64,000 nucleotides of DNA from Blepharisma stoltei ATCC 30299. Lineage: Eukaryota; Protista; Ciliophora. Below, piece by piece: positions 25,631 through 38,049 of the stretch. The notes under the pieces were generated by a model. That model was given only the letters and a program-made list of their open reading frames with translations. It was not told the DNA's origin and ran no database searches. Position numbers and translations under genes: made by a program. Numbering within the stretch: position 1 is the first letter of the stretch; every line of letters begins with the position of its first letter. The DNA lies in the NCBI GenBank assembly GCA_965603825.1, contig CBFDEM010000045.1:186001-250000 (forward strand). The letters are read 5' to 3'.

Positions 25631-25655
25631 ATAGATAATAAAATTGTAATTAATA

Positions 25656-26462
25656 ATGGCACAATTGCTTAAGGCTGAAAAGAAGATAAGAAATAAAGAA
25701 AATCGAGAAAGCACCAGACCACACACAGTAATGGAGTTTGAAAAGGCTCTTTTAACTTCTCCTAGATCTTCGTTTTTATGAATCCATTATGCAGCAATGC
25801 TAATAGAAACCCAAGGCCCTGATTCTGGTCGAGAGCTTCTTAAAAGAGCCATTTCCAAGCTAGACCCAACTGAAGAAAGAGAAAAGCTTAATCTTCATCT
25901 TGCCTTGATAAATCTAGAGTCACATTATGGTGACTCAGACTCATTTGACGACTCCATAGAGCAAGCATTATTAACTAATAACCCAGAATTAATTTACAGA
26001 CACAAAGCAAAAAAGCAGATCGATAAAGGAAATTTCGAAGAAGCTGAAGAAACTTTGAATTATATTTGTAAAAAATTCAACAAAAGTATCGAAAATTGGG
26101 CACTTTTGTGCAAGTTTTTTTTAAAAGACAAAAAAGATGAAGACGGGTTCAAAGAAGCTATGAGGCGAGGCTTACAATCAACAGATAACTCTATTGAGCT
26201 TAAAAAGAGGATTGCAGTGATGGAATACGAATATGGGTCACAAGAAAGAGGAAGGACCATTTTCGAAACACTTATTGCAGACAAGCCAAATAGAGCTGAC
26301 CTCTGAAGAGTTTATATAGGCATGGAAATAAAATACAACACACACGAACAAGTAAACGAATTATTTGAAAAAGTTTTAACAGTCAAATTGAGCAGATCCA
26401 ATCTCGAAAATTTTGAAAAAATGCATCAAGATTACCAAAGTAAGATTAAAAATAAAAATTAA
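25656..26462 (+). CDS. RRP5: Rrp5-like protein comprising only the C-terminal TPR/HAT domain (268 aa); TGA=Trp at 25779, 26304
   Basis: EFEKALLTSPRSSFL(W)IHY, EEREKLNLHLALINLE, ERGRTIFETLIADKPNRADL(W)RVY match the Rrp5/PDCD11 C-terminal motifs. Confidence 0.8.
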
Positions 26463-26472
26463 TCTTATATAT

Positions 26473-26925
26473 TTAATTGTTTTTAGCAGCTGTGTAAGCT
26501 TGACTTATCATCGCAAAGCGATTATTTACCTTCAGTTTTTTTTTAATTCGGTAAGAACTATTTCATTCTTGCACTGAAAATTGTTTAAGCTTCCCTTCAC
26601 AAAGATAAGGTGAGAGGATTCCTGCTGATTTTTTAGATTTTTCAATGTGATTGAAAGATGTTTGTTTAGAACTTGACTGGATTAAACTGCCGAATTTTAG
26701 TTTTGATAAAATTAGTGGGAGTCTGTATTGCCGCTCTACATCATCATATTTGTGCTCAGGTTCTGTTGATTTAGATCGGATTATATTTTCTTCGACTTTG
26801 ATAACTGATGGGACTTCAACAATTAGCTTAAATGTTGGCTCTTTTCTTAAGGCAACAGATTTTGGTCGAAGCTTGGGCTTCTTGAGAGAAGAATGTCTGT
26901 GGCTCATTAGATCTTCAAATCTCAT
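26473..26925 (-). CDS. Hypothetical protein (150 aa); TGA=Trp at 26563
   Basis: ORF extends through TGA to TAA at 26473-26475. Confidence 0.55.
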
Positions 26926-27530
26926 TTTTTAGAGAATTATAGATTTTCCTCAAATTTTTGCAATAAATGTTGAATGAGTTGAGCTTCATTTTCGCTCTCT
27001 GGACAAATATGAAATATTTGCCTTATAGATTTTTAAAAATTTTAACTCCATCTTCACAGCTTATGCAAAAGTTTAATGCTAATTTAGCTAAATATCACAT
27101 ATTAATTTTGTTATTATTAGGAAAAGTTAATTAATGCTAAGATTTACAAACTAACCACGTTTGTTTGCCAAATCATCGAAGTGTTATTCAGTTCGACTTC
27201 GCACTAATCCAATTAATTATAAAAAAAAATTAAATGAAGAATTTAGAGATCCTGAAATACTAATAAATCTGGTTCTAAGTGACATACCGAATTATAAAAA
27301 TAATGTTTTACAACAATCTTAAGGTGTATATTTTATAAATAAATATAAATATTTTTAAAAGTTATTATTTTGAATTAATTACACGCTAAATTTCTTCTTT
27401 CTTTGTCTGTTCGATCATTGCAGAAATAATTATTCCTTAATAAATAAAATTGAATTCTTATTTATCATAATTAAATGATGGTGATTAATTAATTTTACAT
27501 CTTTAAAATAATTGTACGATATTTTTTACA

Positions 27531-29543
27531 TTACGATGATGCATTTGAAGGATCATCGCATAAGTATGTGGATTCATCATTATGCTTTTTAGTATCAATT
27601 AATAGTGCATCTTTAATCTCTTCCTCATCAGAGTCATCACAAATCACTTGCACGCTCGCTTTCCTTTCACGTCTGTATGGTGTTTTCGGTTCATCCTTCT
27701 TTTTATAATCATAAATCTTCTTCTGTAATTTAAGATTTTCAGGAAATTGCTCTTCAGGCTCCCTCATTAACCCCACTCTATTGATTTTATTGAATTTGTA
27801 TTTAAAATTTCTAATTTTTCTCTTTGGCCCAGTCCCCATATGAGGATTTATCATCCTATGCCTTGCTCTGTACTGCTCAATAGTCTTCATATCCACTCTC
27901 GAGCTAACAACCATATTTGTGCATTTTTTTGCGACATGGCCTTTTTCATTGCAAAAATAGCATTTTATACCCAAAATTTTATAATTGCTATCCTCACATG
28001 ATGATTTGAAGTAACGAAAAAGTTCAAAAATTTCCGGCTGTTTTTGAAGCTTTTCGATAACCATGACCCATTCAAGAGTCAAGACTTCAGTAAAATTTTC
28101 ACACTGAGCTGAAGCAGTTCTTCTATGACCTGCAAAAAACCCGATTTCTCCAAAAATATTGTTTTTATTAAGGATAATGTAAGTGCAGCCTGTATTTTGA
28201 TGAAAAATATTTACAGATCCTGAGGTAATGAAATAAAGTTTGCGGCTTCTTTCACCTTCCTCTAAGATTTCATCTCCAGGTGCAAAGGTTTCGAGCCTTA
28301 AAAGTTTTGTTATAGAAGTGATTGAGCTGAGTGAAAAAAATTTGGGAAAAGTTTTGCATAAGAGTAAGACTTTTCCATGCGTCCTTGAAGAAATTTCATC
28401 TCTTAAGTTATCACTTAAAAGCTTTAGAACGTCATCTTCACATATAGAAGATTCCTGGGAGTATCCTACAAAATCAATATATCTTTTAACCTTATTTTGT
28501 AATTCTAATGGCAGCCTTAGCTTTTTCATATATCTTTTGACACCAATTATAAGGTCCCTTTTTTTTTGGTCAGCCTGATGGGAAGTCATTACAATGCTAC
28601 TAATTTTTCCTAAAAGATAGGCATAATACCCACATGTGATCGCCATACAAATGATAGAAATAAATCTTTCATAAGGATTCAAAGCGTGCAAATCTCCGTA
28701 TCCGACTGTATACATAGTGGTAAAAGCTCAATAAAGAGCCGTTATGTATTTTTCTTGTAAAGAAATCTGCATTTCTTCTTCTAATTCTATATTGTATATA
28801 AAAGAATTATATGATAAATGTTTTGCATAATTGCTGAACGTATAAAATGTGCATGCCGATCAGTGAGCAATAAACAATATTGCTAAGCCTGTTCAGGTTG
28901 TCATAATAAGCACTGAAAATAATTCGCTTGATATGATTTCTTCAATCTTAACAAAAATTGATCTCAATTTCAATATTCTAGCTAGCTTGAAGATCCTCAC
29001 AAATCTTATCAATTTCAGCATTTTAAAAGTATTTGTTGATCCAGATATAATAGCCTCATAAGGAAACGAAGATGCCATGTCTAGTGCAAACCAGCTTTTT
29101 ATATAATTAATTGCAATAGTTTTTCTGCTGCTTATCATAACTCCGCTCCTGAAAAAAGTTGTATTAAAATTCATAGCAATATCAATAAAAAATATCAGTG
29201 AAAGCGATATTTCTAAGTACATAAATGAGCCTTCAAGTGTGTAATTAAAAGCAATTGAAAAGGGGATAATAAAGCCTTCATATAAAACAGATATAATAAT
29301 TAATAAATCTCATAAAACTCGTCATTGGCTTTCGGATTTAAATAAATACTTTTCATTACATGATTTTTCTTCGTGTATATTATTGAGCTGTATTATTTCA
29401 GTATTTTTGCGTTTAAGTATTCTTGATTCTCCAGGAGTTGATGGAGTGTTACTTTCTTTTATTTTATTTATTTGTTCTTGGATATCTAATAAATAATCTT
29501 CTGAACCCGCAATAACAGTTGGTTTTCTGCCAATTATATCCAT
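27531..29543 (-). CDS. Cyclic-nucleotide-binding-domain K+ channel (KCNH/HCN-like, 670 aa) with C-terminal CCHC knuckle; TGA=Trp at 28728, 28860, 28893, 29310, 29322
   Basis: VL(W)DLL S1, S4 KMLKLIRFVRIFKLAR, AH(W)SAC, YITALY(W)AFTTMYTVGYGD pore, FGEIGFFAGHRRTASA CNBD. Confidence 0.95.
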
Positions 29544-29997
29544 GATGTATTTAATTTAGATTTATTTAAAGTCCTTTTAGACACACCACAGTTATTATGA
29601 GAGTTTCAATATGGAAAAAAGTGGCCAGAATCCTTATTAAGTAAATTAGATGAAATGGCTGATTCATATATTAATATCTGATTATTTTATGTATTTTCAT
29701 TATTATTTTTAATAAATGAATATTAGAGCTGCAAAATATCCTCAAAATATAAGGATTATTTATGTCATTTTAAATAAATTATTTTAGTCATAAAGAATCA
29801 AATATTTATTTCAAGTTAGCAATATACAAAATAATAAATGTCTAAAATCAATAAAGAGATTTGGGAACTTTTGGAGAATTAAAATCTTTAGCGCGATTTT
29901 TATAAATTATCTTTGGCTTGATCTTTAAATTATTTGAATTTATATTTCTAGGAAATTTAAAAATTTGTATTGATAATGAAAAGAGAGAATTTCTAAA

Positions 29998-32847
29998 ATG
30001 GATGAAAATGAATACGATAGTAGCATTGAAGATTTACCTCAAGAAGAGTCAATTGACGAATGCTATGAAAGCGATTTTGAAAAAGAAGCTGACTCACTTG
30101 TCAAAAACTCCAGCATTACTACGCCAATTGGGGCTCAAAAATCCTTTATCACCCAACAAAATTGGCCAGGAGTATCTCTTAACTCCAAGATCTCTTCAAC
30201 CAAAGTAAATTATCAAACTGTGTCCTCAAGCGCAACTTCTCTAGAAAACCCTCAAAAAGTGATAGCCAGACTTCAAAAAGAAAACGCAAGCTTAAGAAAC
30301 CAATTAAAAGAATTAAATCTAAGATTAAATGAAGTTTTAGACATCTCAAAGAAGAAAATTCTTAAAGCCCCTGATACAGCTACACGGGAAGAAGGAATCC
30401 GAAAGCAAGCAGACACAAAAGATAAGCAAGTTCGCGTTTATGAAAACGAATACAATCGATTGAAGGCTCGTTTAGAACAGTTACATGACACCAACTATGC
30501 AGTGCAGCTTAAATACTCAATTAAAGAAAAAGAAGAAAAAGTCAAGGACTTTGAGAAGCAGTTTAAAATATTGTCGGCTGAACAAAAAAATAGAGCAAAA
30601 CTGCTGAATAAAGTGTATGGAGATGGATTGCCTGACGACATGAAAGAGTTAAATGAAGTGATGGAGGAGTCTAACCATTTGAGAGAACAAGTAAATGAGC
30701 TGGAAGCAAAGCTTGAAAAGAGTCATGAAGGATATGAGCAGCAATATGAGCTAGAATTGAATTTGACTGAAAAACTGGAGAAGCTTCAAGAAATTTCGGA
30801 AAGTTATAATATTGAACTGGGAAAGCAGAAGTCTCCTTCGAAGATAAATACAACTTATGAAAATCTACTAAAAAGCTACCAAAACACAGTAAAAATCAAT
30901 GAAAACTCTATCAACCATTTGAAATCTCAAGAAAAAGATTTAAAAAAGCTTTTCGATTCAAATGTTATAGAAATCAATACAATAAAAAAAGAAATTAAAG
31001 AAAAAGAAGAGATCTCAATGAGAGTCAAAGAGGAGCTAAAAAATATAATGAAAATAGCAGAAAGCAAGAACTTAGGCAATTTAGTAACTTTGCTTGAGTC
31101 AAAGCCTAAAGTATCGTCTCATTCAAGCTCTCCTCAGCCTAGGGCTTCTCAAGACTCCAACAGAGAAATCCACACAATTGCTGAAGTAGAAGAATCCTTA
31201 GCTGAAAGCAAATCTCTTGTCATGGCAATTTCTTCAAAAGATCTCAAAAAGCCAAGTCCGTTCAAATTCAATAAAAAAGTAATCAATGATGAAATTGATG
31301 AAGAAATTCCTGGAGAAAATATGCTTGTTGATGTTCCGCTTGTTAAATCAGTTCTTGAAACTCAAAAAAGCTATGAAAGTGAAAATTTGAAATCAACTCC
31401 AAATATTAGTTCTACTAAAGCGAATAAGCCAAAGCTTGATTTTCGATCAATTTTAAATCAAAATCCGGTAGCATCTCCATCTATGGAAGAAATTAAACCT
31501 GAAAATAAGCCGGTTAACCGTGGCCAAAACTCTTTAGAGTCTTTAGATGCTTTATTAGGGATTAAAAAAGCGGAGACTGAAGTAAAAGGTTTAGAAGATT
31601 TTACTGAGCATAGAAAAAGTTCAGCTAAAGAAGAGTCAAAGACAGTTATTCCTTCGAAACCATCAATTTTTCAAGAATTAGAGCCAACACCAAATACTAA
31701 ATCAATATTCGAAGAGTTAAGGTCCACAAATAAACCATTTCAGGAAGACCTAAGATCTTCAAAAAGCAAGCCAATCTTAGATGAACTGAAGCCAGCAAGC
31801 AGTAAATCAATCTTCGATGAATTGAAGCCCACAAACAAAAAATCAATATTTGACGAGCTCAAGCCTACAAACAATAAATCTATTTTTGACGATTTAAAGC
31901 CAGCTACAGAAAATAAACCATTTTTTGAAGAACCAAAGCCAACTTCAAATAAATCAATTTTTGAAGAACTTAAGCCAAATAATAAATCAATATTTGATGA
32001 GCTGAAGCCATCTGAAAAGTCAATTTTTGACGAGCTTAATTCAAACAATAAAGCTGAGTCTAATTTGCCATCATTTTTAAAGGATGAGCCTTTTTCATCA
32101 AAACCCCAGGAAAAGCCTGTAAAATCTACTCGAGATCGATCTCATCTGTTTCAAGAGAAAAAATCTGATGATCTCTTTAGTAATAAAAGTCTATTTAATA
32201 TAGACGAAATTAAACATACAGTTTCACAAAATTCAGAAGCAACTCTTATATCACCTCCAACTCAAGCAGGAACTGAGAGTGTAAATCAGTCTAATTATCT
32301 TTTTTCAGAGCCTAGCATTCCTAAATCAAAAAACACAAGAGAAAGACCTAATATGTTCCAATCAGAACAGTTCATGCCAGAAAGCTTTAACTCCATTCAG
32401 CAGAATAATGATAAATTTGAGCTTAATTTAAATCAAAATAAATGAAGCTCATTCAATGAGCACGAAATCAACCGTCCCAGCTTAAAAGAGCCGCGTAAAT
32501 CAGTTCTCCAACAAGACAAAGGGGACAAACTAAAAAATTTAGCTGAAAAAGCTGAAAAAAATGAATTTTTCCAAGATTTATTTGGAAGCCCAGATGATAA
32601 AAAAATAGAATTCACAAACATTAAAAGCAAACTTTTACCTACAACTCTTGAAAAAAACCAAAAAGCAATTCCAAAGCCTGTCGAGCCTATTATCGATAAC
32701 ACCCCAAGTGATATTTTCAGGTTCAGTGAGCCTGCAAGTTTTGCTCAAAAAATTCAGCCACCAAGTACTGATACCTCATCATTCATAAAATCCGAAGCTT
32801 CAAAGAAGCCGACATTTGATTTAATTGAAGAAGATTTGATACTTTAG
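29998..32847 (+). CDS. Coiled-coil protein with internal KSIFDELKP repeats (949 aa); TGA=Trp at 32443
   Basis: 815-aa ORF continues through TGA for 134 codons to TAG; N-terminal coiled coil, disordered C-terminal half ending IEEDLIL. Confidence 0.8.
31654..32040 (+). repeat. Degenerate coding tandem repeat, ~10 units of 11-13 aa (KSIFDELKP)
   Basis: PSIFQELEP, KSIFEELRS, KPILDELKP, KSIFDELKP x3, KSIFDDLKP, KSIFEELKP, KSIFDELNS. Confidence 0.9.
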
Positions 32848-32893
32848 TTTCTAGAAAACTTAATTTTTAATAAAATTGTATAAAAATTGTTAA

Positions 32894-34447
32894 TTAGGTA
32901 TACAGTGTATATTTTGCTGGTATTTTATTTTTAGGAAGAGAAGGAGATCCTATAATCCCATACATGATAAGTTTTTCAAACTCAGGGAGCTGCGAAATAG
33001 CTGCACAAATATCAGTTGCTCCTCGGTTTCCGATAGGGTTTCAGGATGCATTAAGAAGGGATAAAGCTTGCAAATTTTGAAGTGATTGACCAATTCGTGA
33101 TGCTCCTACATCACATATTTCGTTGTCTTGAATTTCTAAAATTTTTAAATTTGGGACTAGCTGGAGACCAAGGGAAAGCTCAATGGCTCCAGCGTCTTCC
33201 ATTGCGTTGGAATTTAATGATAACTCTTCTAGTTTGGGGAGCTCTGGAATTACTTTGGAGACTTCAGCGATGCCTTCTTTTAAAAGCATGTTTGACGATA
33301 ATTTGAGCGACCGTAAATTTGTTAATTTAAGTAGCACTTCACTAAGGATTTTTGCACCTCCAGACCCAATACAATTTCCGCTTAAGTCTAAATTAGAAAG
33401 TAAGCTTAAGCACTCCAGCCCATAACTAATTCTAATCATTCCACCTTCTGATAAAAGCCCTCCAATTAAAGTAAGATTTCTAAGCTGTGGGGCAAAAGAT
33501 AAAGCAATGCCGACATCTTCGGCCTCTTTCTCAAGGAATGTCCCACAATTCAAATAGAGGTCTAGCATGTTATTGAGCCTTGGAAGCACCCTAATTATAG
33601 CCACAATCCCTTCTTTCATCTTATCATTATTAATACTCAGCTTAGCCAGCTTTTTTAAATGTCCAATTCCTAGCGCTAAAAACTTAGCTCCTCTTATACC
33701 AATGCAATTAGAATTAAAACATAAAGTCGTTAAATTTGCAAAAAAAGGCAAAATTTGTGACAAATCTCTTGCTCCATCATCTCCTAATTTCCTATTTAAC
33801 ATCATCTGTTGAGTAAATTGAGATTCCTGTGACAAAATATTTTGATAATAATTTTCAATAACTTTTTGATTTATGACCTTAGATTCCAAAAGGGTTCCTA
33901 ACCCTTCAATAGTCCACAAAATGGAAATAGTATTCAAGTTAATTCAATTGTTTTTAATAAATTGTACATCTTTATGGAACTCGATTAAGGACAGCTGAGG
34001 AGGCGCTCTCATTATTTTCGAGCTCCTTCTGCTTTTGGTAGGCTCAATGTGATTGCCTTGCATGGCTTCAATTAGTGCTTTTAATTCTAATACTTTACTA
34101 ATGCATTCTTCTTTAGTGTGCTGGATCAGCTGATTCCTTTGTCAAGTCAACTCTTTTATCATTTTTTCTGCGTTTTTTTCAATCTCGCTTATCACTTGCT
34201 TTTGGAATTTAGCGATTTTTTTCATTTCTTCTTTTAGTCGGATCCCAATTGGATCCAAAGACATTCTTTCAACATTTTCAATAAGGCTTTTTATATCTGG
34301 CAGAGGGACATCTACTATCATACTCATAGTCCTAGTTGGTGATCTTATCCGAAGCTTTTCCATGCAGCTTCTACAAAGTACTGCAGTTGAGCCATCTTCA
34401 TTGGTTGCTGGCTCATTGGTTTTGCAATTTTCACATAGAGAATTCAT
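32894..34447 (-). CDS. RI-like leucine-rich repeat protein with N-terminal CxxC..CxxC and coiled coil (517 aa); TGA=Trp at 33041, 33944, 34142
   Basis: 28-aa LxxLxLxxNxIxxxG repeats; LNAS(W)NPIG; fragments join in frame. Confidence 0.88.
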
Positions 34448-34523
34448 TATTTAATATAATTTCAGAAGTATCATTACTTATTTTTTATGTGATTAAAATT
34501 GCGCATAATAAGTTAACGAAATA

Positions 34524-34949
34524 ATGGAGCATCTTTCTCTTCCAGAAGCACAACTACTTTATGCAATTTATAAGCTGGAGCATGATGGTAGGCTAAAGCT
34601 AGACGACAAAAAGAAATTAAAACAAATGGTTATCTCACAGGATGAAAAAATCTTTTCCTTACTTGACCAATATAAAGAAGACCAAAATGAAGCTAGTTTA
34701 TTACAAGACATGCTTAAGATTGTCAAACCTATAAGACATAAACCTGAAACTGTAGCCATTCCTCCCAGAGTTCAAACAACTGAAGACAGCAGTCCGCTCG
34801 GCAAATTTTTATGTGAACAGAAAAAGAGACAAAGTGCAGAGCATGGATTAACATTATCACTATACAAAATGGCTGACGAAGTTGAAGAAATGCCGCCTGT
34901 GGAGGAGATGCCAGAGATGCCTATGCAAGAAATGCGGCTTAATTTTTAG
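34524..34949 (+). CDS. Hypothetical protein (141 aa)
   Basis: ATG..TAG ORF with coding-like composition in AT-rich flanks. Confidence 0.7.
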   Translation: MEHLSLPEAQLLYAIYKLEHDGRLKLDDKKKLKQMVISQDEKIFSLLDQYKEDQNEASLLQDMLKIVKPIRHKPETVAIPPRVQTTEDSSPLGKFLCEQKKRQSAEHGLTLSLYKMADEVEEMPPVEEMPEMPMQEMRLNF

Positions 34950-34969
34950 GTGACACTTATTAATATTAA

Positions 34970-36103
34970 TTACTTTCAAAACCAATTTATAGGGTTGTAT
35001 CAACGCTTTGACATTTTATTTTCCTGCTTATTTTGTGGGATTTCTTTTTCGAAGTCAGTTTGGCAGCAGTTTGAATTAGAGGCTTCGTTGCCATGAGTGG
35101 AGCATGTGGTGAGGTCAGAAGATTCTGAATTTTCAAGGGGAGGGTCTGAGCAAGAAATTAAAATTTCCATGTCTTTTAGGATTTGGTCATTTTCAGTTAA
35201 TATGGTCAAAACTTGTCTGTTTTGGCTTTCCCGGCACTCCTCTCTTAGAATGAAGAGCTCTTGCATCCTTTTTTGTATTTCGTCTTCGATGTTGTTTATA
35301 TCGTGTTTTAGGGCAAGATTTGTGTATTCGACTGATTGAGTTTTTGCTCTGATTTCGCAATTTTTTTTGTTTATCTCATGTTGTTGTGATTTTGTAGTAT
35401 CAATTAATTTTTCTAATTCCTTGATTTCTAAATCGAGTGTTGGTAAATAATTTTTGATTGATTGTGACTCATCTTTTGAGGAATCTGTCTGTTTTTCGAG
35501 ATCATCAATTATTGAATCAATATTTTTTATTTCATTTTTAAGCTTTTCATGAATATTCTGGTATTCTTCTATGTCTTTCTCGTAATTTTCAATTTTCCTT
35601 TCATATCGTTTTATTTGTCGTTCTTTTTCTGGTAATTCTCTTAACCTTTTATGTACAAAGTTACTTTTCATTAAATTCGCCTTGTCCACACTTTTCGATA
35701 TTTTTATGAATTTATCCTCTTCTAATTTTTTAATAATCTTCACTTTTTCAAGCTTAAAACTTTTTAATTCTTCCTCACTTTTTTTATATTTAGAAACCTC
35801 CTCTTTAAGTTTTGCTTTGGATTTCATAAATCGGCTTTTAGAAATTGCTAGTCTAGGGTCTGTTATTCTTGCAAAAGCTGTGCTTCTTTTTTTATTGACT
35901 GGGGATAGGCTTTTAGAATTTGATTTCAGATTATTTTTTTGTTGCTCTTCTAAATCCCTCAGATTAAAAGTCGATAATCTGAATGGATTTTTTTTGTTGT
36001 TACTATACCTCGGGGTATAAGTCCATGCGAATTTTTCCGTTAAATCATTTTCATTCTCTTCAGTCTGCAAATTTGTGTTAATTGATACTCTAAAATTATG
36101 CAT
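34970..36103 (-). CDS. Coiled-coil protein (377 aa if both terminal TGAs are Trp)
   Basis: 367-aa ORF; TGAs at 35000 and 34976 extend it by WYNPINWFWK to TAA at 34970-34972. Confidence 0.78.
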
Positions 36104-36218
36104 TTATGTTGGAGATTATAATACTTTATGATTCTGATTAATAAATTCAACAAAATAATTACTAATAAGAATCAGGATTAGCATGGTGTTATGATAAATT
36201 ATTTTAAACCGATATCTA

Positions 36219-37130
36219 TTAATTTATGTGTCCTTCTTGGAACTCTCCTGCTTCGTTAGCTTCTGCCACAACTTCCCACTCTTCATCTTCATTTTCCCTA
36301 ATTAGTCTTGTAATAAAATCAGTTGAGCAAACCCCTAAGAGATTTCCTTCATTCAATGAAATTTTCAAAGCTGCAACCTTCAAGCTTAAAATTACCTTAA
36401 AAACCCAGCTTCCATCTACAGTAGTCCATAGGATTACATCTCCATCATCCCCAGCACTTACAATCCTATGACCATAAAACGGCTTATAAGGAAGCCAGGC
36501 CACATCTCTTACCCATCCCTTATGTTTTTCAAGCACATCAAATGCTAAATCTTCTTCTTCCCACCTTCATACTTTTACAAGCCCATCAGCACCTCCAGTC
36601 ACAAAGCTTTTATGAATTTCAGTGATATCAAGAATGCTTCTTGAGGATGAAGGAGACCAAAATACTGAAGAAACCCCTCCTTCATGTGCCATTAATTTAG
36701 ATGCCTCCCACCTGTCGTCAGATACCCGAGTAAGGAGAGAAATGCACCCATCTGCAGATCCTGCTAGCAAAATAAGTCCAAACTCGTGAGGAGACCAGCT
36801 TAAAGAAGTAATCGGAGCAAGATGTTCTTCATATTCATATATAAGGGTCCATTTATTTTGTGCTGTTTCTTTTCATATTGCCACTTTTCTATCCCCACTT
36901 CCTGTGGCTAATAGAGAGCCAAACTGGGGATGTGACCAGGAAAGCGAAATGACGGCAGCTTGATGATAGTTAATTTCAGAAATCTGAGCTGGCTGGTCTT
37001 CTGTGAGCATAAAAACTTTGACTTTTCCATCAGAGCCACACGTAGCGAAGCGTTTTCCATAATAATCAAATTGCGTATCGAAAATCGTGCCTTCATGTGA
37101 TGTCACTACAGATGTTTTAGGAAAAGCCAT
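36219..37130 (-). CDS. SEC13: SEC13 WD40 protein (COPII/nucleoporin), 303 aa; TGA=Trp at 36567, 36873
   Basis: HEGTIFDTQFDYYGKRFATCGSD, WSHPQFGSLLA, VAI(W)KE, WSPHEFGLILLAGSADG, HKGWVRDVAW. Confidence 0.95.
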
Positions 37131-37239
37131 TTCTAAAATTATCTTAATTTACCTTATTTTATATAAAAATTTCTAGTTGTTGGAGCATTCTTATATCTCA
37201 TGCCTTTTATTATCATTTTTTAAATCTTATAGAGCTATA

Positions 37240-38049
37240 TTAATCAATCATGTAAAAATTATGTTTGTCGAAATACTGCTTAAAGTATTCATACAAATTT
37301 ATGTAAATGTTCACACCTAATACAAGTCTTCCAAGTCTAGGCCAAATTCCATGTGTCAATGTCTGAAGCCCTTCACGCTTCACAATAAGTTTTATTCCGC
37401 TAAATGGAATTTTTTCTAAATGACTATAGCAGCAATTTCTTGTTTGTAGCTTTGTTTTTATTACATCAAATGGATGAGTTATTAATGTAGCTAGAATAGC
37501 ACCTGTTGTGCAGCTTAAAGTTCTGGAAATATTTGGGTGCTTATCTTTGTGTTTTTTATGGAGATTTTCCATTGTAAGGAAAAAAGTTCCGGAGAATAAT
37601 ACATCACGGACTAGGGTTACTCTGAGTCCTGAAAAGCCAATATTACTAAAAGAGAGTTGTCCTGACCCAGTGCCCATTAAAGATGTCTTGAATCTCTCGA
37701 TTGGAGAAGATACAATTACAGCTGTAAGTTTGGCCACCATAGCTGAAAGTCCAGAGCCTAGTGACCCGAACCAATCATCAAGAGGCGGCCGAAGTATTTC
37801 ATAAAGAGAGTAGTGAACTAAATTAACGCCTAAAATAGATACTAGTGAAGGCGATATACCTCTTCATAAGTTAGGTAGTCCTTTATGAGAGATTATTTGC
37901 TCAATTGAGTGCTTAACAGATAGCCGATTTAAGGATCCGATTTGAGTATTTTTTATAACATCAAGTGGGTTGAGAACAATCGCGTAAACAGCAGAGGAGA
38001 TACAGGTTGAAGCAAGCACAGACAGTTTGCTTTCACTCCTTTCAGTCAT
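37240..38049 (-). CDS. Mitochondrial carrier (SLC25 family, SLC25A39/40/Mtm1-like), 269 aa; TGA=Trp at 37864
   Basis: Three PxD/ExxKT signatures (PLDVIKN, PIERFKT, PFDVIKT); L(W)RG; TLVRDVLFSG. Confidence 0.88.
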
